A stretch of 59,204 bases of DNA. Origin: an uncultured bacterium. Its GTDB lineage: Bacteria; Patescibacteriota; Microgenomatia; UBA1400; UBA12108. Numbering within the stretch: the stretch's first letter is position 1; every line of letters starts with the position of its first letter. Where the stretch lies: contig CAJAUT010000023.1 in the NCBI GenBank assembly GCA_903945195.1, positions 1 through 59,204 on the forward strand, read 5' to 3'. The position numbers were made by a program, and so were the translations under genes. Below the pieces are notes generated by a model, which was not told where the DNA came from, searched no databases, and worked only from the letters and a program-made list of their open reading frames with translations. Positions 29,901 to 38,874 of the stretch are shown here, one piece after another.

Positions 29901-32165
29901 TATAGTACCAATAGCAGATAATGTAGGTGTATTTGTGATTGCAACAGTTGGTGGAGTGTTAACCACGTAAGTGATAGTGACATCAGATACTGTGGGGATA
30001 TTTGCATCGTTTGTTGCAGCTGAAAAAATAATTTTGTATTTATACCATTGATCATTTGAGCCATCTCTTTGTGTAGAATGAATATCTTCTCCACCTGTTG
30101 GATCGGTAAAATAAGTACCTGCCCCACTAGGTCCTAGCCAATCTGACCATGTGCCTGGGCTACCCGAACCATTGTCTGGGGCAGTGGCGAGTTGAAGTTT
30201 GACATCGGTGCCAGCAGGCAAATTTTCGGTCCAATGAAGATCATAAACAAGTGTTGCAGGATCACTAGTGTTGAATGGTGTAGAGACAAGCTCCCCGCCA
30301 CTAGCCTTTATTACTTTGGTACCCTGGGATCCTGCATTGTAACCTGTACCTCCGGCCAGATTGACAGTACCACTATAACTATAGTCGCCACTATAGTAGA
30401 TGGCGACTCGACCACCACCACCACCACCTGTATAACTTGGGTGGCCGTTACCACCAACTACACTGAGTTGTCCACTGCCAGTAATAGAGTGAGCTATGAG
30501 ATAAATGCTTCCCCCGGCTCCACCTGCTTTATTTTCCCAAGATCCATTGTCTCCGTTTGCATTAATTGATCCTGAGACAGTAAGATTACCAAAAATATTA
30601 AATTTTATTGCTCCACCACCACTACCGCCATTCCACGCCCATGCACCGCCAGAACCAATTCTTGTCGGTTCATATATAGAGCCATATACTGCGCCACCAC
30701 TGCCATTTGGTCCGTCCCCACCTCGTCCACCATAACCTCCACCACCCGCACGATCAATCCGACCAATGCCGGTACCGACACCATCCCCGTAACCACCAGC
30801 AAAACCTTTGTAATTGACATTGATAGAGCCACTACTACTAAGAGTTGTGTCACCGAGGACTGTGAGATCGATCGCGTATTGCTGAGTAGCAGTATTGTTG
30901 GAATGTGTCAGGATACCACCGATTGTGAGACCACTATAAGTACGTGGTATATTGGCATACAGCTTGGACCCAAGTGGGATATTGACAGTCCCGCCACCGC
31001 TAAAGGGAACCATAATACCTGAGACGCTATCGTCTACAATTACACCATTTGTGCTCCAATCTAGACTTGAGTAGCTGACATTTGTAGTACTCACAATTTC
31101 GGCTTGCGCATTATTTTTTATTGTTAAATTGTTGAGTACTAAAACACCCAGTGGTGTATAGCCAGAAAGAGGGAAATCACTCATTGGTAAATTATTATTA
31201 TTAATAATTAGGTCTCCATTTGCTTGACCGCTTGGTTTTTTGTAGATAGTACCAGCTCCACCTGAGCGGTAGCCGCTGGCCCCGTAACTAGTGAGAGATC
31301 CAGAGTGAGTAAGACTTGTGTAGTAGAGTGCAATCCTCCCACCAGAGCCACCACCAACATACGACACATCCCCCGTACCCCCATTTGCAGAGATCGATCC
31401 AGATCCTGCAATGGTTCCAGCCGTGAGATAGATACTTCCCCCGGCTCCACCTGCTTTATTTTCCCAAGATCCATTGTCTCCGTTTGCATTAATTGATCCT
31501 GAGACAGTAAGATTACCAAAAATATTAAATTTTATTGCTCCACCACCACTACCCCCTTGTCCTGCCCAAGCCCCACCTGATCCCAAAGTGACTGGAGCAG
31601 TAGTAGAGCCATAGGAACCACCTCCAGCACCTACTGGCCCAGCACCTCCGACACCACCATGACCACCCCCACCGCCACGATCGGTACCTGTCCCGGTACC
31701 TGCACCATATCCAGCAATGTATCCTTGTCCTGCAGCATCTATTGATCCCACAATCGTCCCATTTCCAGATATTACATTTATAAAAATTGTCGCGATGATG
31801 CTACTACTACTATTTACATGGGTAATACTAGCTCCTGTGTATACATTTAAATCACCTGCATCCAATATAAGTGCACCATTTGCAATGGCGTCGTAATTGA
31901 AATTTAATATTGGGGTAGTGCCGCCCCCATTTTGACCAACAGTCAAAGAATTGATCGTAGTGGTTGCGGCGATATTTACAGTAACATTTTGATTTATCGT
32001 GACATCATCATCGGCCGTAGGAAGAGCATTGGCGCTCCAATTATTGGCGTCTGACCAATTGGCTGTAGCGGCACCCCCATCCCAAGAAACTGCGGCAGCA
32101 CTAGCACGACTAGGATTTAATATGATGATAAATAATGCGATGAAAAATAGTAAGAGTTTTTTCAT
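26976..32165 (-). CDS. giant secreted protein: Gly-rich (GGGSGG) beta-helix-like region plus tandem FN3-like domains
   Basis: Signal peptide (ASAA), WDGG..NWS...NW start, two Gly-rich repeats, about six W.T.E...S...Y...H...L..L...Y.YRV units. Confidence 0.85.
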   Translation of the reverse strand: MKKLLLFFIALFIIILNPSRASAAAVSWDGGAATANWSDANNWSANALPTADDDVTINQNVTVNIAATTTINSLTVGQNGGGTTPILNFNYDAIANGALILDAGDLNVYTGASITHVNSSSSIIATIFINVISGNGTIVGSIDAAGQGYIAGYGAGTGTGTDRGGGGGHGGVGGAGPVGAGGGSYGSTTAPVTLGSGGAWAGQGGSGGGAIKFNIFGNLTVSGSINANGDNGSWENKAGGAGGSIYLTAGTIAGSGSISANGGTGDVSYVGGGSGGRIALYYTSLTHSGSLTSYGASGYRSGGAGTIYKKPSGQANGDLIINNNNLPMSDFPLSGYTPLGVLVLNNLTIKNNAQAEIVSTTNVSYSSLDWSTNGVIVDDSVSGIMVPFSGGGTVNIPLGSKLYANIPRTYSGLTIGGILTHSNNTATQQYAIDLTVLGDTTLSSSGSINVNYKGFAGGYGDGVGTGIGRIDRAGGGGYGGRGGDGPNGSGGAVYGSIYEPTRIGSGGAWAWNGGSGGGAIKFNIFGNLTVSGSINANGDNGSWENKAGGAGGSIYLIAHSITGSGQLSVVGGNGHPSYTGGGGGGRVAIYYSGDYSYSGTVNLAGGTGYNAGSQGTKVIKASGGELVSTPFNTSDPATLVYDLHWTENLPAGTDVKLQLATAPDNGSGSPGTWSDWLGPSGAGTYFTDPTGGEDIHSTQRDGSNDQWYKYKIIFSAATNDANIPTVSDVTITYVVNTPPTVAITNTPTLSAIGTINVTYTISDPEEAIVTSYLAADIGQTTNSDYVIDSVANLGVSSATSLPSLGTILLDNEMISYSGKSGNSLTGITRAANGTTATAHVAGSVVWFVAPSPSLSGDFGSISKIGTKSVTWTPSSDISILETTTAKIKILVNDGNIANQIGSDSKSSITLDTKAPINNDIYINKRLGQITLSSTDGNALYYKASNNIDLSSDGVNVDSGNWTAYSTPITWTFSGDPSTVYVRYKDAYGNESSTISTQSPTRLSSLLIQDGSNPDTHEWRLFTSWVVATVPVNGFSYYQLYRSTDGATYTPLTQIGTRAQNYYLDQGLDSAITYYYKITIVDSHGNESDVNSPIQNSGSSSRSGVGLTPDGSGGGDFTAPNVTNIVVSNITTTTATFTWTTDELSDSTIGYSTNTSYSNEVGSISMGTSHSIVLSNLVPNTSYYYRVISADALNNKSIIEDSSTQSFSTLADTSGPVISDIKAVVGETQAGISWSTTEESNSRVEYSLDSSYGSATTSASFVFGHALTISDLTVDTTYNYHVISVDSNNNSSTSPNYSFTTSAITLISTDTTAPSISDISVSSVTPSSAKISWSTNEDADGKVEYGESSSYERGIAEGNHDYKTSKSVTVIGLSPETTYHYRVTVVDKAGNTNSSGDATFSTTVQSSVDLLGVTGSSSGSNAPAITSSGATITDITATSVVVGWDTTKKSTSEVFYKVKNSLDSPSNSGSTSFLSSHSVILSNLTAATSYEYQVKSVDVNGNYVISAKAEFTTSLPGITGIKITNKNANIASISWITAIPTTTVIEYINTSTRETRKYSNSSLVSVHSADLENLYPGTMYSFNVLISDEAGNLARSDQYSFSTGDDTEGPVITGVNNRSTIISGQNKVQTVITWTTNEPTSSLVQYSLGAGSGNYEQSSVENDDFVQNHIVVISGLKPGSVYRYRVVSKDYASNQSESEAYVLLTPQKEVSALDLIIQNLQSSFGWMNKP
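30508..30626. repeat. 119-bp exact direct repeat, copy 1
   Basis: Identical to 31435-31553. Confidence 0.9.
31435..31553. repeat. 119-bp exact direct repeat, copy 2
   Basis: Identical to 30508-30626. Confidence 0.9.
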
Positions 32166-32482
32166 GGTTGAGTGATTGTGATATTTAGTTTTACTTCCCC
32201 AGCCGTGCCCGTGTTTACACCATCTGTTTTAGAATAATATTTTGTCCAGCCAGATAGATTGGTATCATTGATAGTAGTGATAGTATCTGCCCCACCAGAC
32301 CAATCTGTTTGTACGAAATCTTTACTCAGCGCACTTACTATAGACTTGGTTACGATAATCGATACTAGTACCAAGAATAGAGCTGTAGTTACAGAAATAA
32401 TTGGACGGTATTTAAATCGTACAGTTACGCCTTTTGATCTAGTCTTGACCCAATAATTGAAACTCCTGATAAAACTGGCCAT
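32162..32482 (-). CDS. small membrane-anchored or secreted protein (QTDWSGG motif)
   Basis: TM helix; ATGA overlap with the giant gene; TGATATAGT 6 nt before the ATG. Confidence 0.7.
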   Translation of the reverse strand: MASFIRSFNYWVKTRSKGVTVRFKYRPIISVTTALFLVLVSIIVTKSIVSALSKDFVQTDWSGGADTITTINDTNLSGWTKYYSKTDGVNTGTAGEVKLNITITQP

Positions 32483-32505
32483 AACTAAACTATATCAGAA
32501 AAAGA

Positions 32506-33720
32506 CTACTCGTAGCGTAGGGCTTCAATTGGAGATAACTTGGCGGCTTTTTGTGCTGGATACACTCCAAAAATAATACCCGTAGCTAAAGAGACGGCAA
32601 ATGCCAAAAGAATCGAACTCATGGCAGGAGTAGCGGGGAAAAATGGCCTGATTGCTAGGGAGCCTAAAACACCCAAGAGAATACCTATCAAACCTCCAAC
32701 TGTCGAGATCACGGCTGACTCTATGAGGAACTGGATCATGATATTGTTTGGGGTAGCCCCAAGTGCTTTGCGCAGACCGATTTCTTTTGTACGCTCAGAT
32801 ACGGCCACAAGCATAATGTTCATGATACCGATACCACCTACGACTAGTGAGATGGCGGCAATGCCCGCAAGGCCAGTGGTTAAAACTCCTAAAATTGTTT
32901 GGATAGTTTTCAAGATTTCGCTTTGGTCGGTGACAGAAAAATCTTTAGAGTCTAGATGTTTGATGAGAGTTGATTCTATCAATGCCCTGGTCCTAGGTAG
33001 AGATTCTTTAGTAGCTGACTGCACCATGATCTGCATTACTTTCTCAGCCCCAAAGGCGATTTTGGCTGTGGTGATTGGGACGTACATAAAACTATCGATG
33101 TCTGGACCACCAAAAGAACCAGCTGCCTTGGCTTCGGCTACACCTACGACTTCGAAACGTAATTTATTTATAGTCATGAGTTTGCCTACTGGATTTACAC
33201 CAGGGAAAAGTTTGTCGGCAATTTTACTGCCGATTACCGCCACTTTACGGTTACCAGCTAAATCTCCTTCTGTTAGAAATCTGCCTTTGGCAGCTTTGGT
33301 ATTGCGAACTTCTGAGTACCCTGGAGTAGTGCCTACGACCATGCCAGACCTTTTACCCTCACTAGTACGAGCTTCACCATTGTTACCAGTAAGTGGTACT
33401 GCCAAAGTGATGGGGTAACCTGCACGACCAAGAGCCTTACTATCATCTTCACTCAGCTTGGAAGTGGCAAAACTAAGAGCTGCTCCTTGCTGATCAAAAC
33501 CTCCATCACTATTTACGATTTCTCCTGGAGTAACAATAAGTAGATTGCTACCTAGTTCTTTAAATTGCTGTTCGACAAAGACAGTCAAACCATTACCTAT
33601 TGCAGTAAGTAGGATGACTGATAGCACGCCGATGACGACGCCAAGCATCGTCAAAAATGAACGTGTTTTGTTGCGCGAAATTGAGATAAAAGATGATTTG
33701 GCGAGGATAGATATTTTCAT
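32506..33720 (-). CDS. MacB-family ABC permease
   Basis: RSFLTMLGVVIG, GGIGIMNIMLVAVSERTKEIGLRKALGA, PIEALRYE. Confidence 0.93.
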   Translation of the reverse strand: MKISILAKSSFISISRNKTRSFLTMLGVVIGVLSVILLTAIGNGLTVFVEQQFKELGSNLLIVTPGEIVNSDGGFDQQGAALSFATSKLSEDDSKALGRAGYPITLAVPLTGNNGEARTSEGKRSGMVVGTTPGYSEVRNTKAAKGRFLTEGDLAGNRKVAVIGSKIADKLFPGVNPVGKLMTINKLRFEVVGVAEAKAAGSFGGPDIDSFMYVPITTAKIAFGAEKVMQIMVQSATKESLPRTRALIESTLIKHLDSKDFSVTDQSEILKTIQTILGVLTTGLAGIAAISLVVGGIGIMNIMLVAVSERTKEIGLRKALGATPNNIMIQFLIESAVISTVGGLIGILLGVLGSLAIRPFFPATPAMSSILLAFAVSLATGIIFGVYPAQKAAKLSPIEALRYE

Positions 33721-34433
33721 ATTTTTTTCTGGGTGTCGGAAACTATATTTCCATCAAATATTTTAATGGTACGATTTGCCATTTTAGCTAGTTCTAAGTC
33801 GTGGGTCACGATGACAATGGTCCGGCCTTCGGCGTTTAATTTTTTCAAAATTTCTACAACTTCGTGACCACTTTTACTATCTAAATTGCCTGTTGGTTCA
33901 TCGGCAAAAATGACGGCTGGATCATTTATGAGCGCACGGGCAATAGCTACTCTTTGCTGCTGACCACCCGAGAGTTGGTTGGGATAATTTTTGAGTCTTT
34001 CACCTAGCCCAAGATCGGTTAAAAGTTTTTTGGCATAAACAGATTTGTCACCACCATCTTCGTTGTAAAGAGTAGGCAGTAAGACATTTTCAAGCGCTGA
34101 AGTACGAGATAATAAATTGAACTGCTGAAAAATAAAACCAATATATTTATTGCGGAGTTTTGAAGCCTCTACTTCGGTAAGTGAAGAAGCATCATGTCCA
34201 GCTAGAGTGACTGTGCCACTAGTTTGTTGATCTAGGAGTCCCATGATATGCATGAGCGTGGACTTGCCGGACCCTGATGGTCCTACGATGGCCACTAGTT
34301 CTCCACTAGTGATTGTGACAGAGATATCTCCAAGTACGATCAGATCTTCCTCACCCAAATTGTAGACTTTGGAAACATGGCTAAGAGACAAGACTGCCTG
34401 CGATTTTTTACTTTTTGGAGTAGACATGTTCAC
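33717..34433 (-). CDS. MacB-type ABC ATPase
   Basis: GPSGSGKST, LSGGQQQR, ADEPTGNLD. Confidence 0.93.
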   Translation of the reverse strand: MNMSTPKSKKSQAVLSLSHVSKVYNLGEEDLIVLGDISVTITSGELVAIVGPSGSGKSTLMHIMGLLDQQTSGTVTLAGHDASSLTEVEASKLRNKYIGFIFQQFNLLSRTSALENVLLPTLYNEDGGDKSVYAKKLLTDLGLGERLKNYPNQLSGGQQQRVAIARALINDPAVIFADEPTGNLDSKSGHEVVEILKKLNAEGRTIVIVTHDLELAKMANRTIKIFDGNIVSDTQKKI

Positions 34434-35418
34434 CCTCGTTTATACCCCCTAGGATTTCGACGGTTCCACCATATTCGATGCCAGTTTGGATAGATTTTTC
34501 TGTGTACTTGCTGCCATTTTTGACGAGTACAGTGGGCTTGCCTGCCACATTTGTGATGGCACTAGAAGGGAGCGTGAGCACATTGTCTTTTTCTGTCATC
34601 ACTACACCTGCGGTGCCATTTAGTCCCATGCGCAAAGGCGTTTGTTCTTGAGACAAGCTAATTTTTACTTCATAGGTAGTACCAGTTGTGGTCTCTTTGG
34701 GGCTATAGGCGATATAGGTGATATTGGAGACGATTTTTAGATCTGGATAGGCATCTAAAGTAATGTTTACCTTTTGACCTACACTGACTTTTTTGAGGTC
34801 GGTTTCATCTAGATCGGCAGAGAGATAAAGTGAGGTGGGATCTACTACTATCCATGCGTCAGCTGCTGAAACTTGGACATTGGCGGTTGTGATAGGAGAC
34901 TGCACGAGGACACCGTCTAGGGGACTAACAAGCTTTGATAATTTGAGATAAAGATCCTGATACTCTACATCTTTGACCGTATTGTCTAGTTGATATTGAT
35001 TTTTTTCAAGTAGTCTCTTTAAAGTATTGGCTAGATCACCTGCGGGGACTGAGTTGTTGTTGTCGTCAGCTGTTTGTTCGAAGGTGCCACGCTGGATACT
35101 ATAAAGATTGAGTTTTTGCTCCATACTTTTTTGGAGCTGGCGAGTATCTACGCTAGCCAAGATCTGCCATTTTTTGACTGTGTCGCCAGTTTTTGGACCT
35201 AGATAAGTGACTAAACCACCTGCGAGAAATTTGAGAGAGGCGGAACGTTCGGCTCTTACTTTGCCAGATAGCTCTAGAGTGTCGCTGATACTGCTTCGGG
35301 TAGGGACATATTCGTCATATACTACCGTGGGTTTGCGGCCAAAGAAATACCAACCAGCCACAAAAGCTAGAACTACTAAAATAGCCATAGTTTTATGACC
35401 GGCGATCCATTTAAACAT
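34408..35418 (-). CDS. MacA/HlyD-family membrane fusion (adaptor) protein
   Basis: N-terminal TM, lipoyl-like GDTVKKWQIL and SPLDGV segments, LRMGLNG, VEILGGINEGE. Confidence 0.88.
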   Translation of the reverse strand: MFKWIAGHKTMAILVVLAFVAGWYFFGRKPTVVYDEYVPTRSSISDTLELSGKVRAERSASLKFLAGGLVTYLGPKTGDTVKKWQILASVDTRQLQKSMEQKLNLYSIQRGTFEQTADDNNNSVPAGDLANTLKRLLEKNQYQLDNTVKDVEYQDLYLKLSKLVSPLDGVLVQSPITTANVQVSAADAWIVVDPTSLYLSADLDETDLKKVSVGQKVNITLDAYPDLKIVSNITYIAYSPKETTTGTTYEVKISLSQEQTPLRMGLNGTAGVVMTEKDNVLTLPSSAITNVAGKPTVLVKNGSKYTEKSIQTGIEYGGTVEILGGINEGEHVYSKK

Positions 35419-35462
35419 ATGATTAATTGTACAAGAAGTATGCTTTTTTACCTAATGATTTG

Positions 35463-35533
35463 TCGGGGTGCTCGGTGCTGCCCCGAGGCCCTACGACCCC
35501 CAGCCGCAGATACTACTGTTATACGACACCCCG
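35463..35533 (-). tRNA. tRNA-Pro(GGG) with non-canonical D- and T-loops
   Basis: CGGGGTG/CACCCCG-A acceptor (C1-G72, A73), anticodon arm TGCGG-CTGGGGG-TCGTA, T arm CTCGG-GGCAGCA-CCGAG. Confidence 0.82.
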
Positions 35534-35575
35534 CTGTTCAATTTGTTGAACTTTTTTATTTTAACACGAAAAAGA

Positions 35576-36169
35576 TTATACTAATCTAGCAGCTACATCG
35601 TCCCAGTTGATGATGGACCAGAAAGCGTCCACATATTTGCCACGATCGTTTTGATAGTCTAGGTAGTAGGCATGTTCCCAGACATCTAGGAGTAGCAATA
35701 CTTTGGTTTCAACGATAGTCATCAAGTTTTGATTTTGGATTTGGATGACATGAAGATCTTCACCGTCAGCAACTAGTGCAGCCCAACCTGAACCTTCGAC
35801 AGTCTTGGCGGCACCGGCAAACTCTGCTTGGAATTTTTCGAATGATCCAAACTGCTCTTCGATTTTTTCAAGTAGAGCACCACTTGGAGCATTGTCTTTT
35901 TTGGTTTTGCGCATGTTTTGCCAGAAGATACTGTGGAGTTTGTGACCATTTGTGAAGAATGAGAGATCTCTCATGGTCGCTTTGTAATCTATGTCTAGGC
36001 CTTCGCCGGCACGAGCTTTTTCCAATCGGTCCATAGCAGCATTCATACCTGTGACGTAAGCCAGGTGATGACGTGTGTGATGGAGCTCCATGATCTTTTT
36101 GGAAATAACAGGTTCTAGGGCGTCATAGGCATAGGGTAAGTTTGGTAACTCTAAGCGTTTGTGTTTCAT
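35576..36169 (-). CDS. sod: Fe/Mn superoxide dismutase
   Basis: LPYAYDALEP, HHTRHH, DVWEHAYY. Start reassigned to MKHKRL. Confidence 0.95.
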   Translation of the reverse strand: MKHKRLELPNLPYAYDALEPVISKKIMELHHTRHHLAYVTGMNAAMDRLEKARAGEGLDIDYKATMRDLSFFTNGHKLHSIFWQNMRKTKKDNAPSGALLEKIEEQFGSFEKFQAEFAGAAKTVEGSGWAALVADGEDLHVIQIQNQNLMTIVETKVLLLLDVWEHAYYLDYQNDRGKYVDAFWSIINWDDVAARLV

Positions 36170-36188
36170 ACTCTGGATTATATCACAA

Positions 36189-37496
36189 TCAAGGATTTTG
36201 TGTGCGAATCTTATCCCAAAATGGTCCACGTCTACACAACAATGGAATGTCGTTTTTGTTTGCCAACATAGCCTCGATGGCTCGTTCTAAAAAGATGGTA
36301 TTTTGAGAACCTTTAAATAATATATGAGCATGTGGCTTTGCTACGAATCTAAGATATTTTATCAACTCCGCCATCTTTGCAAAATGATGTACGTTGAACC
36401 TACTAGATTCTAAAAGAGGCAATGTATATTCTTTGACGTAGGAACCAAACAAAACAACTTCGTCAGCATTTTGCATGATCCAGTGCGCGAGCTCTTTGTG
36501 AATGGATTTGGTCGCTGACCCTAATTCTCGCATATCACCAAGTACGGCTATTTTTTTCTTTGACCCTGCAATTTTTTTTAAAAATATTAGATTTTCCTTC
36601 ATACTGCTTGGACTAGCATTGTAACTACTATCTATGAGTGTGGTTTGATTTAACCCGGTAAATATTCTTAGTCTACCTGGCGCGGCTCTATATGTAGATA
36701 AAATTGGGATACTGATGCTTGGAGGTATTGCAAGCGCTGCACATACCGAGATGACTGCAGCAAAAGTATATTCATATGATTCTGGATACACGTCTAGTGG
36801 CGACATTTGATATTTAGTTCCTTGATACAAGTATTTATAGTGTCCTAGAATTTGTAGATCAGCTTTCTTTGATTTGCCATATGTGATGAGTCTAGCTTTG
36901 ATATCATGCTTTTCGTTTGCCAATTCTTTTTGATCTACATTTATTATTGCTACACCATGTTTTGAAATATTTTTGACGAGTTGCATTTTTTCTTTGGCAA
37001 TAAGTTTGACCAGTTTTTCTGGCCTTCTTTTGGGACTGTTGTCTTTGACTAAATGATCAAATGCAAAAGCATGGGACAAACCTGCATTTAGAACTACACC
37101 TACGTTTGGTTTAAAAATACTTAGAAGATATGACATGTTGTTTGGGATACTTGGACCATCGATTCCCATCTCGCATACGTAAAAATCGAAGTGTTCATTG
37201 AAAGTAAAATATTGATATGGAGCTAAAATGATAAGTCTAAACCAATCAATAATAGAATAATTTTTGGGTGTAAGTCCTAAAATATTTAAAGATATGCCAG
37301 ACTGTGAATTGGCGTGAATAGAACTTTTGACTAACCCCCTGGTCTTTAAGACATGTACCACCCCAAGACGAGTTGAAGTCTTGCCACTACTACCTGTAAT
37401 GCCTATGAGGGTAGCTTTAGGATTCTTTTTTAACTGTAACTTTGCAAAGTATCTAAGATAATTAAGAATCCCTATTGAGAATATTTTTTTAAACAT
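36189..37496 (-). CDS. murF: UDP-MurNAc-tripeptide:D-Ala-D-Ala ligase
   Basis: IGITGSSGKTST, DSSYNASP, VLGDMRELG, FKGSQ. Confidence 0.85.
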   Translation of the reverse strand: MFKKIFSIGILNYLRYFAKLQLKKNPKATLIGITGSSGKTSTRLGVVHVLKTRGLVKSSIHANSQSGISLNILGLTPKNYSIIDWFRLIILAPYQYFTFNEHFDFYVCEMGIDGPSIPNNMSYLLSIFKPNVGVVLNAGLSHAFAFDHLVKDNSPKRRPEKLVKLIAKEKMQLVKNISKHGVAIINVDQKELANEKHDIKARLITYGKSKKADLQILGHYKYLYQGTKYQMSPLDVYPESYEYTFAAVISVCAALAIPPSISIPILSTYRAAPGRLRIFTGLNQTTLIDSSYNASPSSMKENLIFLKKIAGSKKKIAVLGDMRELGSATKSIHKELAHWIMQNADEVVLFGSYVKEYTLPLLESSRFNVHHFAKMAELIKYLRFVAKPHAHILFKGSQNTIFLERAIEAMLANKNDIPLLCRRGPFWDKIRTQNP

Positions 37497-37497
37497 A

Positions 37498-38874
37498 TTA
37501 TTCTTTGTTTAGCTCTTTTGCTAGTGATTCTGCTTTATTTGCCTCTAATTTGTCTTGTTCAATTCTCTCCTGCTGGTTTTTAGTAAACCACTCTTTTTTG
37601 TTCATAACATCTACTATCTCAGTGGCTAGTGATTGTCTAGTTCGCAAAATTGATAATAACGTAGACAATTTTTGCTGATCTAGGTTATTATACCCAATTG
37701 CTTTTTCCCAGGTAGGAATGATCTCAGTTAGATTTGATTTTAGCTCTACCCAACTATTTATCGTAGAACGATCGTATGTGGCTGGGATATACCCACCTAG
37801 ATGGCCTACAATAATTTGAGTTGGACAACCTGCAATTTCCCTTGTAACTGCTGATACACCAAGATCTGAATATTCATTGTTTAAAATTTGCTTAGTTGAT
37901 CCTGGTTGATAAAGTAAATTGTCCAACAATTCTTTAGCCGTGAACCTGCCGCGGCTGACAAATTCGCCAAGAACTATATTTGAATATCCGACTTTTTCTA
38001 GTGCTTGTTGCATAGAATAGTTTGTATTTTCATCTAGTAGCAGCTTGTCGCCACGCAATGCACTAGATTTGTTTAAGCCTGTTGATTCTTTTAACTTTGG
38101 GAGATTTAATGAGATTCTTTTTGCGTTGACCAAGTTTACAAACTCGGTGGCTGACAAGGTTGGTTGACCCAACAACGCATCATCTTTGGATGTATCGCGA
38201 TAGAGCGAATGATAAATCTTTTGCTCGTTGTATGGCAATACAAACTCGACATCAGCATCATTGATCACACCCAATTCAAAACGCGAATCTGATGAAACTT
38301 TGCGATTGTCTCCCAACACAAATAGACTACCTGTGGGAACTATCAATTTTTCACAATCTTTGAGAGTTGTCCCACCGTAAGTAGACCTAGGAGAATATAC
38401 GTATGGCTCTTGAATTAAGATATTGTTGATATACACAAATCCATCTCGAAGTTCTACCGTATCACCTGCCAAAGCGATTACTCTTTTGATAAAGCCATTT
38501 TCTTGATCTTTGTTGTCTGTGGTCAAAATCTCGCGAGTTTTGCTATTTTTGAAAGCAACCATATCACCATGTGCTAATTTTCTACTAAAAAAATTGTTGC
38601 CTGCAAAATTTAAACCACGAAAATATTTATATAGATGTGGTGTGGTGCGATATTCCTGGACAACTGATTTGGACTCGTCTTCGGGACCACCTTCTACAGT
38701 AGACCAAAAGAGGGATGGGTACATGGATCCAGTTCCTACTACTTCTACTGGGATAGTTTTATAACCTGATATTTTTAAGCCTTCATTAAATGTCATGCCC
38801 GCGATTGGTACTCCAACTAGCGTCAAGACAATATAGGGGATCAACTTTAATATATATGAGCGCTTAGATTTCAT
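37498..38874 (-). CDS. lepB: signal peptidase I with C-terminal CAP/SCP-like domain
   Basis: GSMYPSL (catalytic Ser), IKRVIA (catalytic Lys), GDNRKVSSDSR, then VNAKR...L..L and ILNNEYSDLGVS. Confidence 0.8.
   Translation of the reverse strand: MKSKRSYILKLIPYIVLTLVGVPIAGMTFNEGLKISGYKTIPVEVVGTGSMYPSLFWSTVEGGPEDESKSVVQEYRTTPHLYKYFRGLNFAGNNFFSRKLAHGDMVAFKNSKTREILTTDNKDQENGFIKRVIALAGDTVELRDGFVYINNILIQEPYVYSPRSTYGGTTLKDCEKLIVPTGSLFVLGDNRKVSSDSRFELGVINDADVEFVLPYNEQKIYHSLYRDTSKDDALLGQPTLSATEFVNLVNAKRISLNLPKLKESTGLNKSSALRGDKLLLDENTNYSMQQALEKVGYSNIVLGEFVSRGRFTAKELLDNLLYQPGSTKQILNNEYSDLGVSAVTREIAGCPTQIIVGHLGGYIPATYDRSTINSWVELKSNLTEIIPTWEKAIGYNNLDQQKLSTLLSILRTRQSLATEIVDVMNKKEWFTKNQQERIEQDKLEANKAESLAKELNKE

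Noticed and set aside
30508-31553. Repeat pair as a diversity-generating retroelement TR/VR
   Set aside because: The copies are identical with no adenine-specific mismatches, both are coding, and there is no reverse transcriptase in the window.
32540-33418. 292-aa plus-strand ORF and many similar antisense ORFs across the window
   Set aside because: They are shadows of well-supported minus-strand genes and have no motifs of their own.
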